Position numbers and translations under genes: made by a program. Positions 28,896 to 38,533 of a stretch of DNA of 64,000 nucleotides are shown here, one piece after another. The first letter of the stretch is position 1. Each line of letters opens with the position of its first letter. Location of the stretch: positions 258,634 through 322,633 of IMG/VR virus record IMGVR_UViG_3300031576_000001; one strand, given 5' to 3'. The notes beneath the pieces are model-generated. The model saw only the letters and a program-made list of their open reading frames with translations, ran no database searches and was not told the DNA's origin.

Positions 28896-29393
28896 ATGAC
28901 CCCTGACGCTGCCCTTGTCGAAGAGGCACGGACCACGACGGATGAGAAGCGCATCCGTGAGCTAGCCCTGGGATACGCGCTCTGCGTCCTTGCCCTCGCA
29001 GAGAACCCGGCGACGCCCAAAGACCTCTTGGGTGATTTTCTCCAGAATTGGCAGGGCTACTTCCACCAGGGTCACCTAGAGAGGGCGCTAGCCAAGAACC
29101 CCAACCTACCGGAGGACACGCTGTACGCCCTTCTCGTTCTGGGGTGGGTGGACACCCACAACCCCCTCTGGGCACTCTTGTTCTTGCTAGACCCCTCACT
29201 GGCGCGTTTTCACGAAAAGTTGCACTGGGCTCTCGGTACGAAAAGCATGGCAGACGCCCCCGAGGGCTTTGCCTACGCTGTCCTTGCTTCGCTGCCGGCG
29301 GGGCGCGTCCTGCGTATCTTGCGCCCAGCCTACTTGCGCTGGCGCGCTCGCCCTGACCTGGACGTGGCTCGTCGGTTTCCAGCGCTCACCTGA
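28896..29393 (+). CDS. leucine-rich variant (LRV)-like repeat protein
   Basis: LAENPATP and LAKNPNLP repeats; GGTGTACTGT 6 nt upstream. Confidence 0.65.
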   Translation: MTPDAALVEEARTTTDEKRIRELALGYALCVLALAENPATPKDLLGDFLQNWQGYFHQGHLERALAKNPNLPEDTLYALLVLGWVDTHNPLWALLFLLDPSLARFHEKLHWALGTKSMADAPEGFAYAVLASLPAGRVLRILRPAYLRWRARPDLDVARRFPALT

Positions 29394-29613
29394 ACCAGAG
29401 CACGGACGCCAAGAAGAAGCTAGCGAAGACCCACGAGAACAAGACGACGTACATAATGAACGCCAGCGCCAAAAGGTACCTGTTGAACGTATGCCAAGGG
29501 TGACGGCGCCACCAAAGACGAGCCAGTGTGCCTCTCAGTACCCCCCTACAAAGCCTCCCAAGAGGCGTAGGGTGTGCCTTGGTTTGTCTGGGTCCACGGT
29601 AGGCTTCGTGCAT
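29386..29613 (-). CDS. small membrane protein
   Basis: Hydrophobic C-terminal helix. Confidence 0.4.
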   Translation of the reverse strand: MHEAYRGPRQTKAHPTPLGRLCRGVLRGTLARLWWRRHPWHTFNRYLLALAFIMYVVLFSWVFASFFLASVLWFR

Positions 29614-29662
29614 GGTGCTCCTGGTACTGTAGGAAAAGCTCTGCTACCTTGAGTGTAACTGA

Positions 29663-30151
29663 ATGTTCACACCCAATCCTCAACAAGCTGCATTTTTCTC
29701 TGACCCTGACTGTCACGCTAGCCTTCGGTGGTTGCATAACGAAGAGGTGAGTAACCGCGGGACAGGACGCACCACGGCGTTGGCGCACCTCTACTTCCGG
29801 CAAGCCTTTCTCGCTCCCGGCGTCTCGGTCAAGGTCTATGACCACCACGACACAGAGAGGCACCACAAGGGCCTAGCAAGGTTTATCCTTGATTTCGTCA
29901 AGGGTAGAGACTTCGCGGGCTACTGGATAGCCGTTGACCTACACGCGCACACCCTCGCCGCACTAGTGTCCAGCGTGACGAAACCAATGACTGCACCTAG
30001 AGAGGCGACGACTTACATACACACGACTCCAGCGACGTACAGCTCCACAGGTGTAGTTACCGTAGGAGCAACGATAAGCTACGGGGCTACCCACACGTTT
30101 ACAACCATCCCCGTGAGCACTAACTTCGTACCGTTCACAATTACGCATTTA
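29663..30151 (+). CDS. hypothetical protein (ends at TTA; fused to the radical SAM ORF under table 11)
   Basis: RGTGRTT P-loop-like motif; the only in-frame TTA of the 562-aa ORF is at 30149, followed by a GGTGTA motif and a new ATG. Confidence 0.6.
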
Positions 30152-30181
30152 CGCTCGGTGTGGCGGTGTACCCTAGCAGTC

Positions 30182-31351
30182 ATGCGAAGCCTGACCTTGC
30201 AGCATGAGGGTTACACTGTGTACTCCTCTCAGTTTGACGAGAAGACGGGCGCCCTGGTTAGAGCCACGCGCGGTATCCCTCAGTCTTGGAAGCACGAGCG
30301 CGGCAAACTCGACCCCAAGGCTACCGAGGAGCACAAACTCTTCGCGAAGAGGTTCTCTACCCGGTTCTACGGGGGTCCGTGGTCCCCTGTCCCTGAGAGC
30401 GTAGACGTAAAGCTAACCTCGAAATGCAACTTCGGGGGGGAGGACGGGCCATGTGGGGAATACTGCTACATGCAGTCAGAAAAGCGCGGCACACACGCAC
30501 CCAAGGAGCTTATCGAGCAAGTCATCCTCGGCTTTGACCAGCCTCCTTACAGCCTAGCCTACGGAGGAGGTGAGCCAACGCACCATCCTGACTTCCCTTG
30601 GATACTCAGGAGAACCAAAGAGCTTGGCAGTGTGCCTAACTACACGACCAATGGCTCCTACCTCCCCCCTGGCGTGATTGAGGCTACCAATGAGGTTGTG
30701 GGGGGCGTCAGCATGACGTATCACCCCAAGACCGGGCGGGGTTGGTTTGAGAAGCGGTACGACGAGCTAAACAAAGCCCTCTCACCTCGCGTGCAACTCA
30801 ATATCCAGGTCATCGTGGACAAGGACATTGAGCAAACACTATCCGACGTGAAACGTCTTGACCCCTTCGGGACGCGCAAGCTACCGGACAACCGAAGGAG
30901 CCTGGTTCTCCTGGCTTATTACCCCGACGTGGGGCGAGCCAGCCTGGAGAGGCTTATCTTGCGGCAAACGTACCAGCGCCGGCTGCCAGCCATTCTCCAA
31001 GACCTGAGAGGTAACGGGTGGCGCGTAGCCTTCTCCGAGGGTCTCTTGCCTTACTTCCTCTCCCGCCCTGAGATCGGGGTGGATACCCGCATGGCCAGGC
31101 GAATGGAGGGCTTCTTCACCTGTTACGTGGACGACGCAGGCAGAATGAGCAAATCGTCGTTTGCCCCTCCCCAGGAAGACGCACCCACCGTGTACGATAC
31201 CATGGCACAAGACCTCTGGGATGGTCTGCACGCCTGGGGGACTACGCCTGACGGGGAGGCTTGCGAGTCGTGCCCTCACCAGAACCGATGCAGCACGCCC
31301 ACCACGTATAACTACAGCCTTTGTAGTTATGCCCCCCACAATCGGACCTGA
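30182..31351 (+). CDS. radical SAM protein with a C-terminal SPASM-like Cys cluster
   Basis: PESVDVKLTSKC-x8-C-x3-C, GGGEPT, NYTTNG, CESCPHQNRC. Confidence 0.88.
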   Translation: MRSLTLQHEGYTVYSSQFDEKTGALVRATRGIPQSWKHERGKLDPKATEEHKLFAKRFSTRFYGGPWSPVPESVDVKLTSKCNFGGEDGPCGEYCYMQSEKRGTHAPKELIEQVILGFDQPPYSLAYGGGEPTHHPDFPWILRRTKELGSVPNYTTNGSYLPPGVIEATNEVVGGVSMTYHPKTGRGWFEKRYDELNKALSPRVQLNIQVIVDKDIEQTLSDVKRLDPFGTRKLPDNRRSLVLLAYYPDVGRASLERLILRQTYQRRLPAILQDLRGNGWRVAFSEGLLPYFLSRPEIGVDTRMARRMEGFFTCYVDDAGRMSKSSFAPPQEDAPTVYDTMAQDLWDGLHAWGTTPDGEACESCPHQNRCSTPTTYNYSLCSYAPHNRT

Positions 31352-31357
31352 AGCCAG

Positions 31358-31765
31358 ATGACCCACGCAGAAGAACCCTTTGAACTGAGCGGAAACCTGG
31401 GTTTCATCACCAACTCCTCCTCGGTCATCTTTCACTTCCCTCTGAGCCTCTTGCAGCACCCCGACGTGGTAGCCGTGCTGACTGCCTTTGGCGTCACCGG
31501 GGGCGTGGTAGGTGACAACCTGTGGTCCAGAGACCACTGCGCCTCCCTCTTGGTCACACCCGAGCAGAAAGCAAAGGCCCTGGACGAGCTTCTCGGCAAC
31601 GAGTACAGCAAGCCCGAGGGCACTGAGGCGCTCCTCAACCAAGAGGGCGTGGTGCTCGTTTACGGGGATGAGTACGACTCTTTGCCCAGACTGCTCTGTA
31701 CTATGATGCGCGACCTTGCCGAGACCCTTGGCGTGCCCCTGATGGAAAGCGTAGGCTTCAACTGA
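31358..31765 (+). CDS. TNSSS-motif protein (radical SAM-associated)
   Basis: GFITNSSSVIF near the N-terminus; starts 6 nt after the radical SAM gene. Confidence 0.7.
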   Translation: MTHAEEPFELSGNLGFITNSSSVIFHFPLSLLQHPDVVAVLTAFGVTGGVVGDNLWSRDHCASLLVTPEQKAKALDELLGNEYSKPEGTEALLNQEGVVLVYGDEYDSLPRLLCTMMRDLAETLGVPLMESVGFN

Positions 31766-31767
31766 CG

Positions 31768-32070
31768 ATGACCACGCCCCCTCTCCTCGACTACGCCCAG
31801 CGCACAATACGGTGGTTGCGGGGTCACCCCTCCCCCAGCCAAGAGATTATCCTACGGGCGCTCTCAGGGGTCACGTCGGTTCAAGTGTCCGCCCTGGTCA
31901 AGCTGGTTGACTCTCAACTCTCCCCCGCTACCGTCCACCGCGAGCTTGACGGTTTGGAGCGCCTGGGGTGGGTCTCCGTTGACCGTAGCGGACTCCGAGC
32001 CGTGCTACGTGAACAAGGGATGCTCACTATAACCCCTCTGGGCAGATCCGCGCTAGCACTGAGAGGGTAG
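31768..32070 (+). CDS. winged-helix DNA-binding protein
   Basis: LSPATVHRELDGLERLGWV...ITPLGR. Confidence 0.65.
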   Translation: MTTPPLLDYAQRTIRWLRGHPSPSQEIILRALSGVTSVQVSALVKLVDSQLSPATVHRELDGLERLGWVSVDRSGLRAVLREQGMLTITPLGRSALALRG

Positions 32071-32087
32071 CGGTGTATGATGGGCTC

Positions 32088-33695
32088 ATGCCATCGTGGT
32101 TTAGCGAGAACACGTCAGACAAGCAGCACTACAATCCAGGGCAAGTTTACTCCAACTTGCAGACCCTCTTTGAGAAGGACTGCCTGCGAAACGGTCGCAC
32201 CTTCTCCGCTTGGGATCTGTCGGGTATACTCAGGGACGGAAGCTCCTTCGCTGCGTGGGAGAAGAAAATAAAGTCCCTGGGTTTTGGCCGAGCTAGCTTT
32301 TACCGCTCGGACTGGGCTGAACTCACACCGGAACCGGAGAGCGAAACCGTGGTCACCGTGGTCTACCTCGGGGACCACGGGGTGGTGCAATACCAGGGTC
32401 CGCTGACCGGCACCCTTCGAGCCGTCAACGTGATCGCTAACGTGAGCGCTACCGTGAGCCAAGACAAGACGCGCGAAGAGATGCTCACGTTTCTCAGGGC
32501 TAACCTGCAAGAGCGACCTTCCAAAGAGACGGGGGCGCCCTTCCTGGCGACGACCGACTCACGCGGGGGGTTGACCTTCGAGCAAAACCTGACCAGCGTG
32601 GGCTCTCCCTGGGTACCCACTAACTACAGCAAAGAGGTTCGGGCAGCTTACAGCGCCATGCTACCTGCCTTCGCCTCTAAGAACCCCTCGGGCAAGCTGG
32701 TCATCCTCAACGGAGCGCCTGGCACTGGCAAGTCCTTCCTGCTTCAGGCATTGCTGTACGACACCCGGGATCGGTTTTGCCATATCATCATGCCGCCCTA
32801 CATGATGCACAACATCACCGGACCCCAAACCATGTCCGCCCTGCTTCAGCACCGGAACGAAAACACGCGCAAGCGTACCGTCTTCTTCCTAGAGGACGCC
32901 GAGGACGCTCTCTTGGTACGTCAGGGCGATAACCACAGCGCGGTGAGCAACATCCTCAACCTGAGCGACGGTATGATGGGGAAGATCCTCGACATACGGA
33001 TCGTTGCCACCACCAACCGCAAGAAGGTTGAGCTAGACCCCGCCCTAATCCGTGATGAGCGCCTCTTGGCTCATATCTCCGTGGACCCCCTCTCCCCAGA
33101 GGAAGCCCGGGAAGCCTTTGATCACGTCTACCCAGAGAAGGCGGGTCAGTACACCCCGCACTACCCAACCAGCCTGGCTACCGTCTACAAGACAGCCAAG
33201 TCAATGGGGTGGACAGCACCAGAGCCCGCCGATAAGCCCGCTTCTCGCGGTGTGGTGACCCAGCGCCAGATCGACCGAGACGAGGCTAAGGTCCGGGGAC
33301 AATCCAAGGTAGGCGTTAGGGCACAACCGCGCAAACCCCACCTGGCAAGCGCCCCCAAGTTACCCCAGGCTAGGCGTCTCTTCGACAACGCAGCGGACCA
33401 CGCCCCACTCTATGCACCGGAGAAGGTAAAGGGCGATAACCGCCTCAGTGGGGTAGGAAGGCCAGAGGGTTCCCTCGTCGTCGGTCGCCCACCAGTTTGT
33501 GGTGTCGCTGCGTATGTCCGCCAGGATCTCCTCAAGCGTCTGCGGACTCTCGCTACTTACCCAGTGAAAGATGCCCCCCGTCTCTCGCTCAAACCGTTTG
33601 TGCTCAGCCGGGTCTGCAACGCGCAAGAAGGCGCCAGCAAGGACACGTTGAAATCGGGCACGCACAACGGGCGTCATCGGGTATCCCCTGGGTAG
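32088..33695 (+). CDS. AAA+ ATPase
   Basis: Walker A GAPGTGKS, Walker B FFLEDAE, TTN and LDPALIR; in-frame TTA at 33360 (proposed end 33362). Confidence 0.9.
   Translation: MPSWFSENTSDKQHYNPGQVYSNLQTLFEKDCLRNGRTFSAWDLSGILRDGSSFAAWEKKIKSLGFGRASFYRSDWAELTPEPESETVVTVVYLGDHGVVQYQGPLTGTLRAVNVIANVSATVSQDKTREEMLTFLRANLQERPSKETGAPFLATTDSRGGLTFEQNLTSVGSPWVPTNYSKEVRAAYSAMLPAFASKNPSGKLVILNGAPGTGKSFLLQALLYDTRDRFCHIIMPPYMMHNITGPQTMSALLQHRNENTRKRTVFFLEDAEDALLVRQGDNHSAVSNILNLSDGMMGKILDIRIVATTNRKKVELDPALIRDERLLAHISVDPLSPEEAREAFDHVYPEKAGQYTPHYPTSLATVYKTAKSMGWTAPEPADKPASRGVVTQRQIDRDEAKVRGQSKVGVRAQPRKPHLASAPKLPQARRLFDNAADHAPLYAPEKVKGDNRLSGVGRPEGSLVVGRPPVCGVAAYVRQDLLKRLRTLATYPVKDAPRLSLKPFVLSRVCNAQEGASKDTLKSGTHNGRHRVSPG
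33360..33677 (-). CDS. hypothetical protein
   Basis: ATGA-coupled to 33674-33895; its TAA pairs with the AAA gene's TTA. Confidence 0.65.
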   Translation of the reverse strand: MTPVVRARFQRVLAGAFLRVADPAEHKRFERETGGIFHWVSSESPQTLEEILADIRSDTTNWWATDDEGTLWPSYPTEAVIALYLLRCIEWGVVRCVVEETPSLG

Positions 33696-33895
33696 GTCGG
33701 GGGGCGTGCGCCATCGTTTACGTCAAGAGCCAGGTCGTCTAGAGCCTCATTGATGTAACCCTTGACCGTGGTAATCAAGGCAGACTCACCGATGCAGCCC
33801 GTGTACAGCTTGCTATTCATAATAGCCTCAGCTAGCCGCAGACGTTCTGCTTTAAGAGCCCGGTCAATGAGGGTCTGTACTTCTGCCTCGGTCAC
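33674..33895 (-). CDS. small hypothetical protein
   Basis: Coupled within the minus-strand operon. Confidence 0.55.
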   Translation of the reverse strand: MTEAEVQTLIDRALKAERLRLAEAIMNSKLYTGCIGESALITTVKGYINEALDDLALDVNDGARPPTYPGDTR

Positions 33896-34338
33896 TATAG
33901 CGCTCCACTCCTGGGTTTGGTTTTGCGCTCCCCCGTCAAGTAATCAAGAAGCGCGGTGCTCACCCTGTACCCCATAAGACAAGTAGCGGGCACCCTGAGA
34001 GCCCCTGAGAGGTTGTAGGCTGCGTGCCTGTGGTGCCCGTTCTCTAGAACCACGTCCAAGCGCCCGCCCAGGTAGGACACAAAAGTCACCTCGATAGGGT
34101 CCAGCACGACACCCTGACGCAGTTGGTCAAGGAAGAACCGTATGCGCCCGTGATGCCAGGCTCTCTCTGCCTCGGTCTGGTAGTCAGGGCGAAAAGCCTC
34201 TGGCTTGTATCGCTTGACCGGTATAGCGCCCTCAATCTGAGCCAAGGTTACGCCCCCAAAAGCGCAGAAGTTGCGCTTCGGTAGGCGAGTCGCAATGAGG
34301 TTGTGAACGAGGGCGCCTTTAGCTTTGAGGCGTAGCAC
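33895..34338 (-). CDS. ParB/Srx-like domain protein
   Basis: LDPIEV...LENGHHRHAAY. Confidence 0.65.
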   Translation of the reverse strand: MLRLKAKGALVHNLIATRLPKRNFCAFGGVTLAQIEGAIPVKRYKPEAFRPDYQTEAERAWHHGRIRFFLDQLRQGVVLDPIEVTFVSYLGGRLDVVLENGHHRHAAYNLSGALRVPATCLMGYRVSTALLDYLTGERKTKPRSGAL

Positions 34339-34344
34339 TCTGCC

Positions 34345-34788
34345 TCACTCCCCTCTCAGGTAACGCTCCAACCAAGCCCCCCGAAAGAGGTTCAGCGAGG
34401 CGCAAACCTGCAAACCCATGACTTCGGAGGGGAAAAACCACCCCGACCCCATGCTGGCGGTCAGATTCAGTTTCACAAACGGGGTGAGTCCTGTAACCCC
34501 GTAGTGCCGTATCCGGCAAGCCCGCCCAACGGTCGGTGGCACGAGATTGTGCTCCAAGAGGGGCTTTGGGTTGACTCCACCGTCCAGGGGGGACCAACCT
34601 AGCTCCTCAGTCAACTCACGCTTTAGTGCGGTGTAGTCGTCCTCACCGGGCTCAACCTTGCCGCCAGGGCACTCCCACTTACCCCCCAGTCGGTCGTCGG
34701 AGGGTCGCCTCTGCGTCAAGAAGATACGACCCCCCCAGGAGAGGATGGCACACACCACGTTGATGACCGGTCGGTTCGTCACTGGCAA
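34345..34788 (-). CDS. Nudix hydrolase (MutT-like)
   Basis: Nudix box GGKVEPGEDDYTALKRELTEELG. Confidence 0.92.
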   Translation of the reverse strand: MPVTNRPVINVVCAILSWGGRIFLTQRRPSDDRLGGKWECPGGKVEPGEDDYTALKRELTEELGWSPLDGGVNPKPLLEHNLVPPTVGRACRIRHYGVTGLTPFVKLNLTASMGSGWFFPSEVMGLQVCASLNLFRGAWLERYLRGE

Positions 34789-35378
34789 AACCTCTCAGCA
34801 GAGAGACTGGCGTAGGTCTGCCACGTAGAGCCCTCTTTTAGCTTTGGGCGGTGCTCACACCAGCCGAAAATCTCGAAACGGGCGCAGTCCTCGCTCATAC
34901 CGCAAGGGGGGTAGTACCAGCACACATCGCAAATCCTTGCACCCGCAGGCTCGGCTAGCTCGTGCGAATAATGGTGCAGGTTAGGGTGCGTCACTACCCC
35001 TGAGCACTCCTCACAAGGGCAAAAACAGCACGGCGAAGAGGGGGGTGCGTCCAGTAGCTCCCTCACGGGGGTGCGCAGTCGCCAAGCTGGCGTCTGTCCA
35101 GGGGGCTTGGGTACAAGGTAAGAGACCTCCCCGCTAAGCAAAGCCTCGCTTAGTTGCCTCGCGTCCGGCAAAGTGCTCGTGTAACCCGTGATTTCAAAGA
35201 GGCGCTCGTCGAAAGAGACCTCCCCGAGGTAGCGCGTCAAGCGTGAACCGTTGTCTTCAATCTCCGCGACTTCCTCCAGGGCTACCCTACCTTCGCCCAG
35301 GAAGTGAGCCACACGTCCCGTAGCCACAACCACGGAGAACCACCGCCCTTGGTAGTCTGCTAGCGTGCAGTCGGTCAC
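34779..35378 (-). CDS. Cys-rich hypothetical protein
   Basis: GTGA overlap with the upstream gene; CCFCPC and CDVC. Confidence 0.55.
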   Translation of the reverse strand: MTDCTLADYQGRWFSVVVATGRVAHFLGEGRVALEEVAEIEDNGSRLTRYLGEVSFDERLFEITGYTSTLPDARQLSEALLSGEVSYLVPKPPGQTPAWRLRTPVRELLDAPPSSPCCFCPCEECSGVVTHPNLHHYSHELAEPAGARICDVCWYYPPCGMSEDCARFEIFGWCEHRPKLKEGSTWQTYASLSAERFCQ

Positions 35379-37108
35379 GTTGCTTTCCCTTGCGGAGCCA
35401 AGAGATACCATTGACGGTGGTCGGTACGGTACCGGGCCACTTGCACAACACAGCGAGGTACGGATGGGTCCGTGTACACATCCCGTAGCCCCTTGTAGGT
35501 CTGGCGGTCAACGATCACCGAGCCCTCGTACCAAGTGTCACCTTGGTAGTGCTCCCTCGGAGGAGCCTTACGGATCGACAACAAGGGCAGGTTGCTGGGG
35601 TGTACGAAGAGGCAAAAGTGCCCCTCTAGGGCGAGAATCTCTTCCATTGTGTGTGCTGTACGCAACCCCATCAGGGACGAGCCATCAGGGACGAGCAGAC
35701 TTACAGCCCGATTAAGACCAGCACGGAGCGAACCCAGCGCCTCTTGCGCCACAGAAGCACGCTCGATGACCTCCTCTGCCGTGAGCGAGTCAAGGTCAGC
35801 GTACCACACAACCTCCCCAAGAGGGCTTTGCTCAGGCGCCTCCTCACTGTTGAAGGCTTTCTCTACAGCCTCGGTTACCAGAATAACCTCAGCGGGCTCT
35901 GTTTCGGTGACGGGGGGAGGGGGAACCGTACTGTCAATCTCAAGAGCCGCTGCTGGCGGTACCCACGGCTTCGTGCGATTCAGGAAGGCCGAGCGAAGAA
36001 CCGTGGTCTCCCCAAGGAAACGCTCACCCTCGTCAAAGAAGGAAAGCCTGAGCCTGGGGAGCCGCTTGGTACCTGCATAGCCCAGAACCTTGAACTTGAG
36101 CGCCGGACTGGACCAGCTTGACACACCCCCCACTGCGGGCAGCTTGGAGCCAGGCAGTAGGACGTGACGGGAGCCCACCTCGGGCTGAACCCCCTCAGCC
36201 GGCGCACCTCCCAAGAGGCGAGCACGGTGGATCTTCGCGGGTTGAACCCTCTCCGTGGACTTCAGGAATTCCTTCAAGGCCCAGGTGTCTTTCGCGGGCC
36301 TATGTTCGCCCGGCTTACCCCAGGTGACCGTACCCTCAACGTGCTTGTCGTTCACGACCCGTACCTTGATCCGAGGGCTCCCATAATCATCCCACGTTCC
36401 ACCGTCCACACAAGCCAGCTTGCGACCGGGCTTGAGCCGGTACACCGCACCCACCACAGGAGTGTCGGCGCCCTTGGGCTCGGGCTTTGCTTTGACAGAC
36501 ACGGCTGGTGCCTCTACCGGAGCGCTCTTGTCTTGGGTTGGGGTGCTGGGCAAAGCCTCTGGCTTGGCAGGCGCAGCCACAACACGCTCGGTCGTCTTCA
36601 AGAACTCGTCCAGGGTGATGCAGTCAATCCGGTCAGGACGGTCTACGCTCACCTTGACGAGGGGCGTTCCGTCCTTGAAGGTCTCCACCGCTAGCACGGT
36701 AAACTGGCTTAGGTAGCTCCAGTGCCCCGAGTAGTACCCTGACGCGGCGTGCGACCAACACTTATTCTCCCTCACAGCGTACTTCGCTCCCACTACCACC
36801 CCGTGCGTGTCCACTGGGTCAGCCTGCGCCTGCGGGGGAGAGGGAGAGGGTTTCTCAACCATGGTAGCCAGGAAGTTCTTGAGGGACACCCTGTCCATTT
36901 GAGTTACCATATCCTCTCCGGTAACTTCAACAGTGAGCACCGTCTCACCCACCGAGAGAACACGGAACCGTCGCCCGGTGTCAGACCACCACCCCCCGTC
37001 CAGCATCCTCAACTGGCAACCCTGCTCAATAGCCCACACAGAGCCTACCGAAGGTACCGCGGGCGTCCCCGTTGCCTGAGAAACCCCTTCACTCTCTTGC
37101 TTCTTCAT
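35375..37108 (-). CDS. repeat-domain protein (four ~70-aa units plus a C-terminal domain)
   Basis: Units VG..Y/W...F.VL.V...FL..T; paralogous to 37144. Confidence 0.75.
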   Translation of the reverse strand: MKKQESEGVSQATGTPAVPSVGSVWAIEQGCQLRMLDGGWWSDTGRRFRVLSVGETVLTVEVTGEDMVTQMDRVSLKNFLATMVEKPSPSPPQAQADPVDTHGVVVGAKYAVRENKCWSHAASGYYSGHWSYLSQFTVLAVETFKDGTPLVKVSVDRPDRIDCITLDEFLKTTERVVAAPAKPEALPSTPTQDKSAPVEAPAVSVKAKPEPKGADTPVVGAVYRLKPGRKLACVDGGTWDDYGSPRIKVRVVNDKHVEGTVTWGKPGEHRPAKDTWALKEFLKSTERVQPAKIHRARLLGGAPAEGVQPEVGSRHVLLPGSKLPAVGGVSSWSSPALKFKVLGYAGTKRLPRLRLSFFDEGERFLGETTVLRSAFLNRTKPWVPPAAALEIDSTVPPPPVTETEPAEVILVTEAVEKAFNSEEAPEQSPLGEVVWYADLDSLTAEEVIERASVAQEALGSLRAGLNRAVSLLVPDGSSLMGLRTAHTMEEILALEGHFCLFVHPSNLPLLSIRKAPPREHYQGDTWYEGSVIVDRQTYKGLRDVYTDPSVPRCVVQVARYRTDHRQWYLLAPQGKAT

Positions 37109-37143
37109 CGTATGACTCCTGGCGATAAACTACACCGTGACAC

Positions 37144-38469
37144 TCAACCTACCACAAAGAGACACCACCGACCACCCTGGTACTGCTCCGTAAACGTGTG
37201 CGTGACACCTACCACGGCTATCCTGGGGGGCAATCGCGCGTCCGTATGAACGTACACCCAAGAGCGCATTCCCTTGAGCCGATGCCTGCCCACAGACTTC
37301 CACTCCCGGGCTGCACCCGCAACCACCCCCCCCTGCTTCTCAAAACTGGGCGCCAAAGCCGTCCAGTCCACAGGGTTGAAGACTACATGACCCCCAGCAG
37401 CCCCCGTCAAGTTGATAACCTCAGAGACCGTATGCGTCCGCGTCATCAGGTCCAGCCCCCCTGACGTGGGTGACAAGAGACCCACAGCCTCTCGGTACGA
37501 CGCCTCAAGAGACTGCAAAGCCTCTCGGGCTACGCCGGCTTGCTGTACAACCTCCTCCCGCGTCATGAGCCCCACGTCGCGCCACCACGGACGAGGAGCA
37601 TCCACGCTAGGCGCCACACCCAGCGAAACCCAGCCCCTAGAGACCCCACAGGCCAGGGAGGTAGGCTCAGCTTTGACTACGGAACACTCAGAAGTCGGCT
37701 CAGCGTGAGGCACACCCTTGAGGAGGTCCATGTGGCGGCGCAAGTCCTCGACCAAAAACACGTCCTCATCTTGCCCACCCCTGCAGATTGACGGACCCAG
37801 GACCGTAACACGGACCAAAGGCGTGCCGTCTCGGTACACACCAAGACAAACCACCCGAAAACCATCGGGAATATCCCCGTCCCGCCACATACCCGAAAAC
37901 GTCTCGGATGATGAGTGTGACTGCACACCACACCCCTCCCTCACCACGTAAACCTCCCCAACACGAGGAAAAAGAAGCACCGTCTCACGCAAGAAGTGCT
38001 CCCCCTCGAAAAACACGGCGGTCGCCGCCCCACCCACCAGCACCATCACGCCAAGCAGACCCCCTCCCTCCGCAACCTCAAGAGCCATCACCACCCCCCC
38101 GGGGTACGGCTTCGTCCTACGTAGCACGCCCACCGTCGCAAGAAGCCTCTCCCGCAAAGAGACAACCTCCTCTTTCGGGCTGCCTTGCATAGGCTCATCG
38201 CCCACAGGGACCGTCAGGTGCAAAAAGTCCTCCCGCAACACAACGTCGTACTCCTCATCACCGCCAATCCTGCAGACCCGGAGATGCACCACGTCCACCC
38301 CCGTTTTGAGAGTGCCCACCCCCGCCACCGTGAACCGAGTAGACTCAGACCCCCACGAGCACTGCCTAGGAGTCTCAGGGGCGCTCCTCAACACGCCCAC
38401 AACTACCCCGTCAGCACCTAGCCTCAACCGGTACACGCCGCCTAGCACCACCTTAGCCTTCTCGCTCAT
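37144..38469 (-). CDS. repeat-domain protein, paralogue of 35375
   Basis: Shared units; WWRDVGLMTREEVVQQAGVAREAL vs WYADLDSLTAEEVIERASVAQEAL; GGTGTAAGGT 7 nt upstream. Confidence 0.7.
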   Translation of the reverse strand: MSEKAKVVLGGVYRLRLGADGVVVGVLRSAPETPRQCSWGSESTRFTVAGVGTLKTGVDVVHLRVCRIGGDEEYDVVLREDFLHLTVPVGDEPMQGSPKEEVVSLRERLLATVGVLRRTKPYPGGVVMALEVAEGGGLLGVMVLVGGAATAVFFEGEHFLRETVLLFPRVGEVYVVREGCGVQSHSSSETFSGMWRDGDIPDGFRVVCLGVYRDGTPLVRVTVLGPSICRGGQDEDVFLVEDLRRHMDLLKGVPHAEPTSECSVVKAEPTSLACGVSRGWVSLGVAPSVDAPRPWWRDVGLMTREEVVQQAGVAREALQSLEASYREAVGLLSPTSGGLDLMTRTHTVSEVINLTGAAGGHVVFNPVDWTALAPSFEKQGGVVAGAAREWKSVGRHRLKGMRSWVYVHTDARLPPRIAVVGVTHTFTEQYQGGRWCLFVVG

Positions 38470-38533
38470 ACCCCCCACCTTACACCAAGACCGAGAAGCC
38501 CCACGCCCCCGTAAGCACAAAGAAGCCTACCCC

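Noticed and set aside
33363-33695. Real antisense overlap of the AAA C-terminus with a whole gene
   Set aside because: Better explained by termination at the TTA at 33360.
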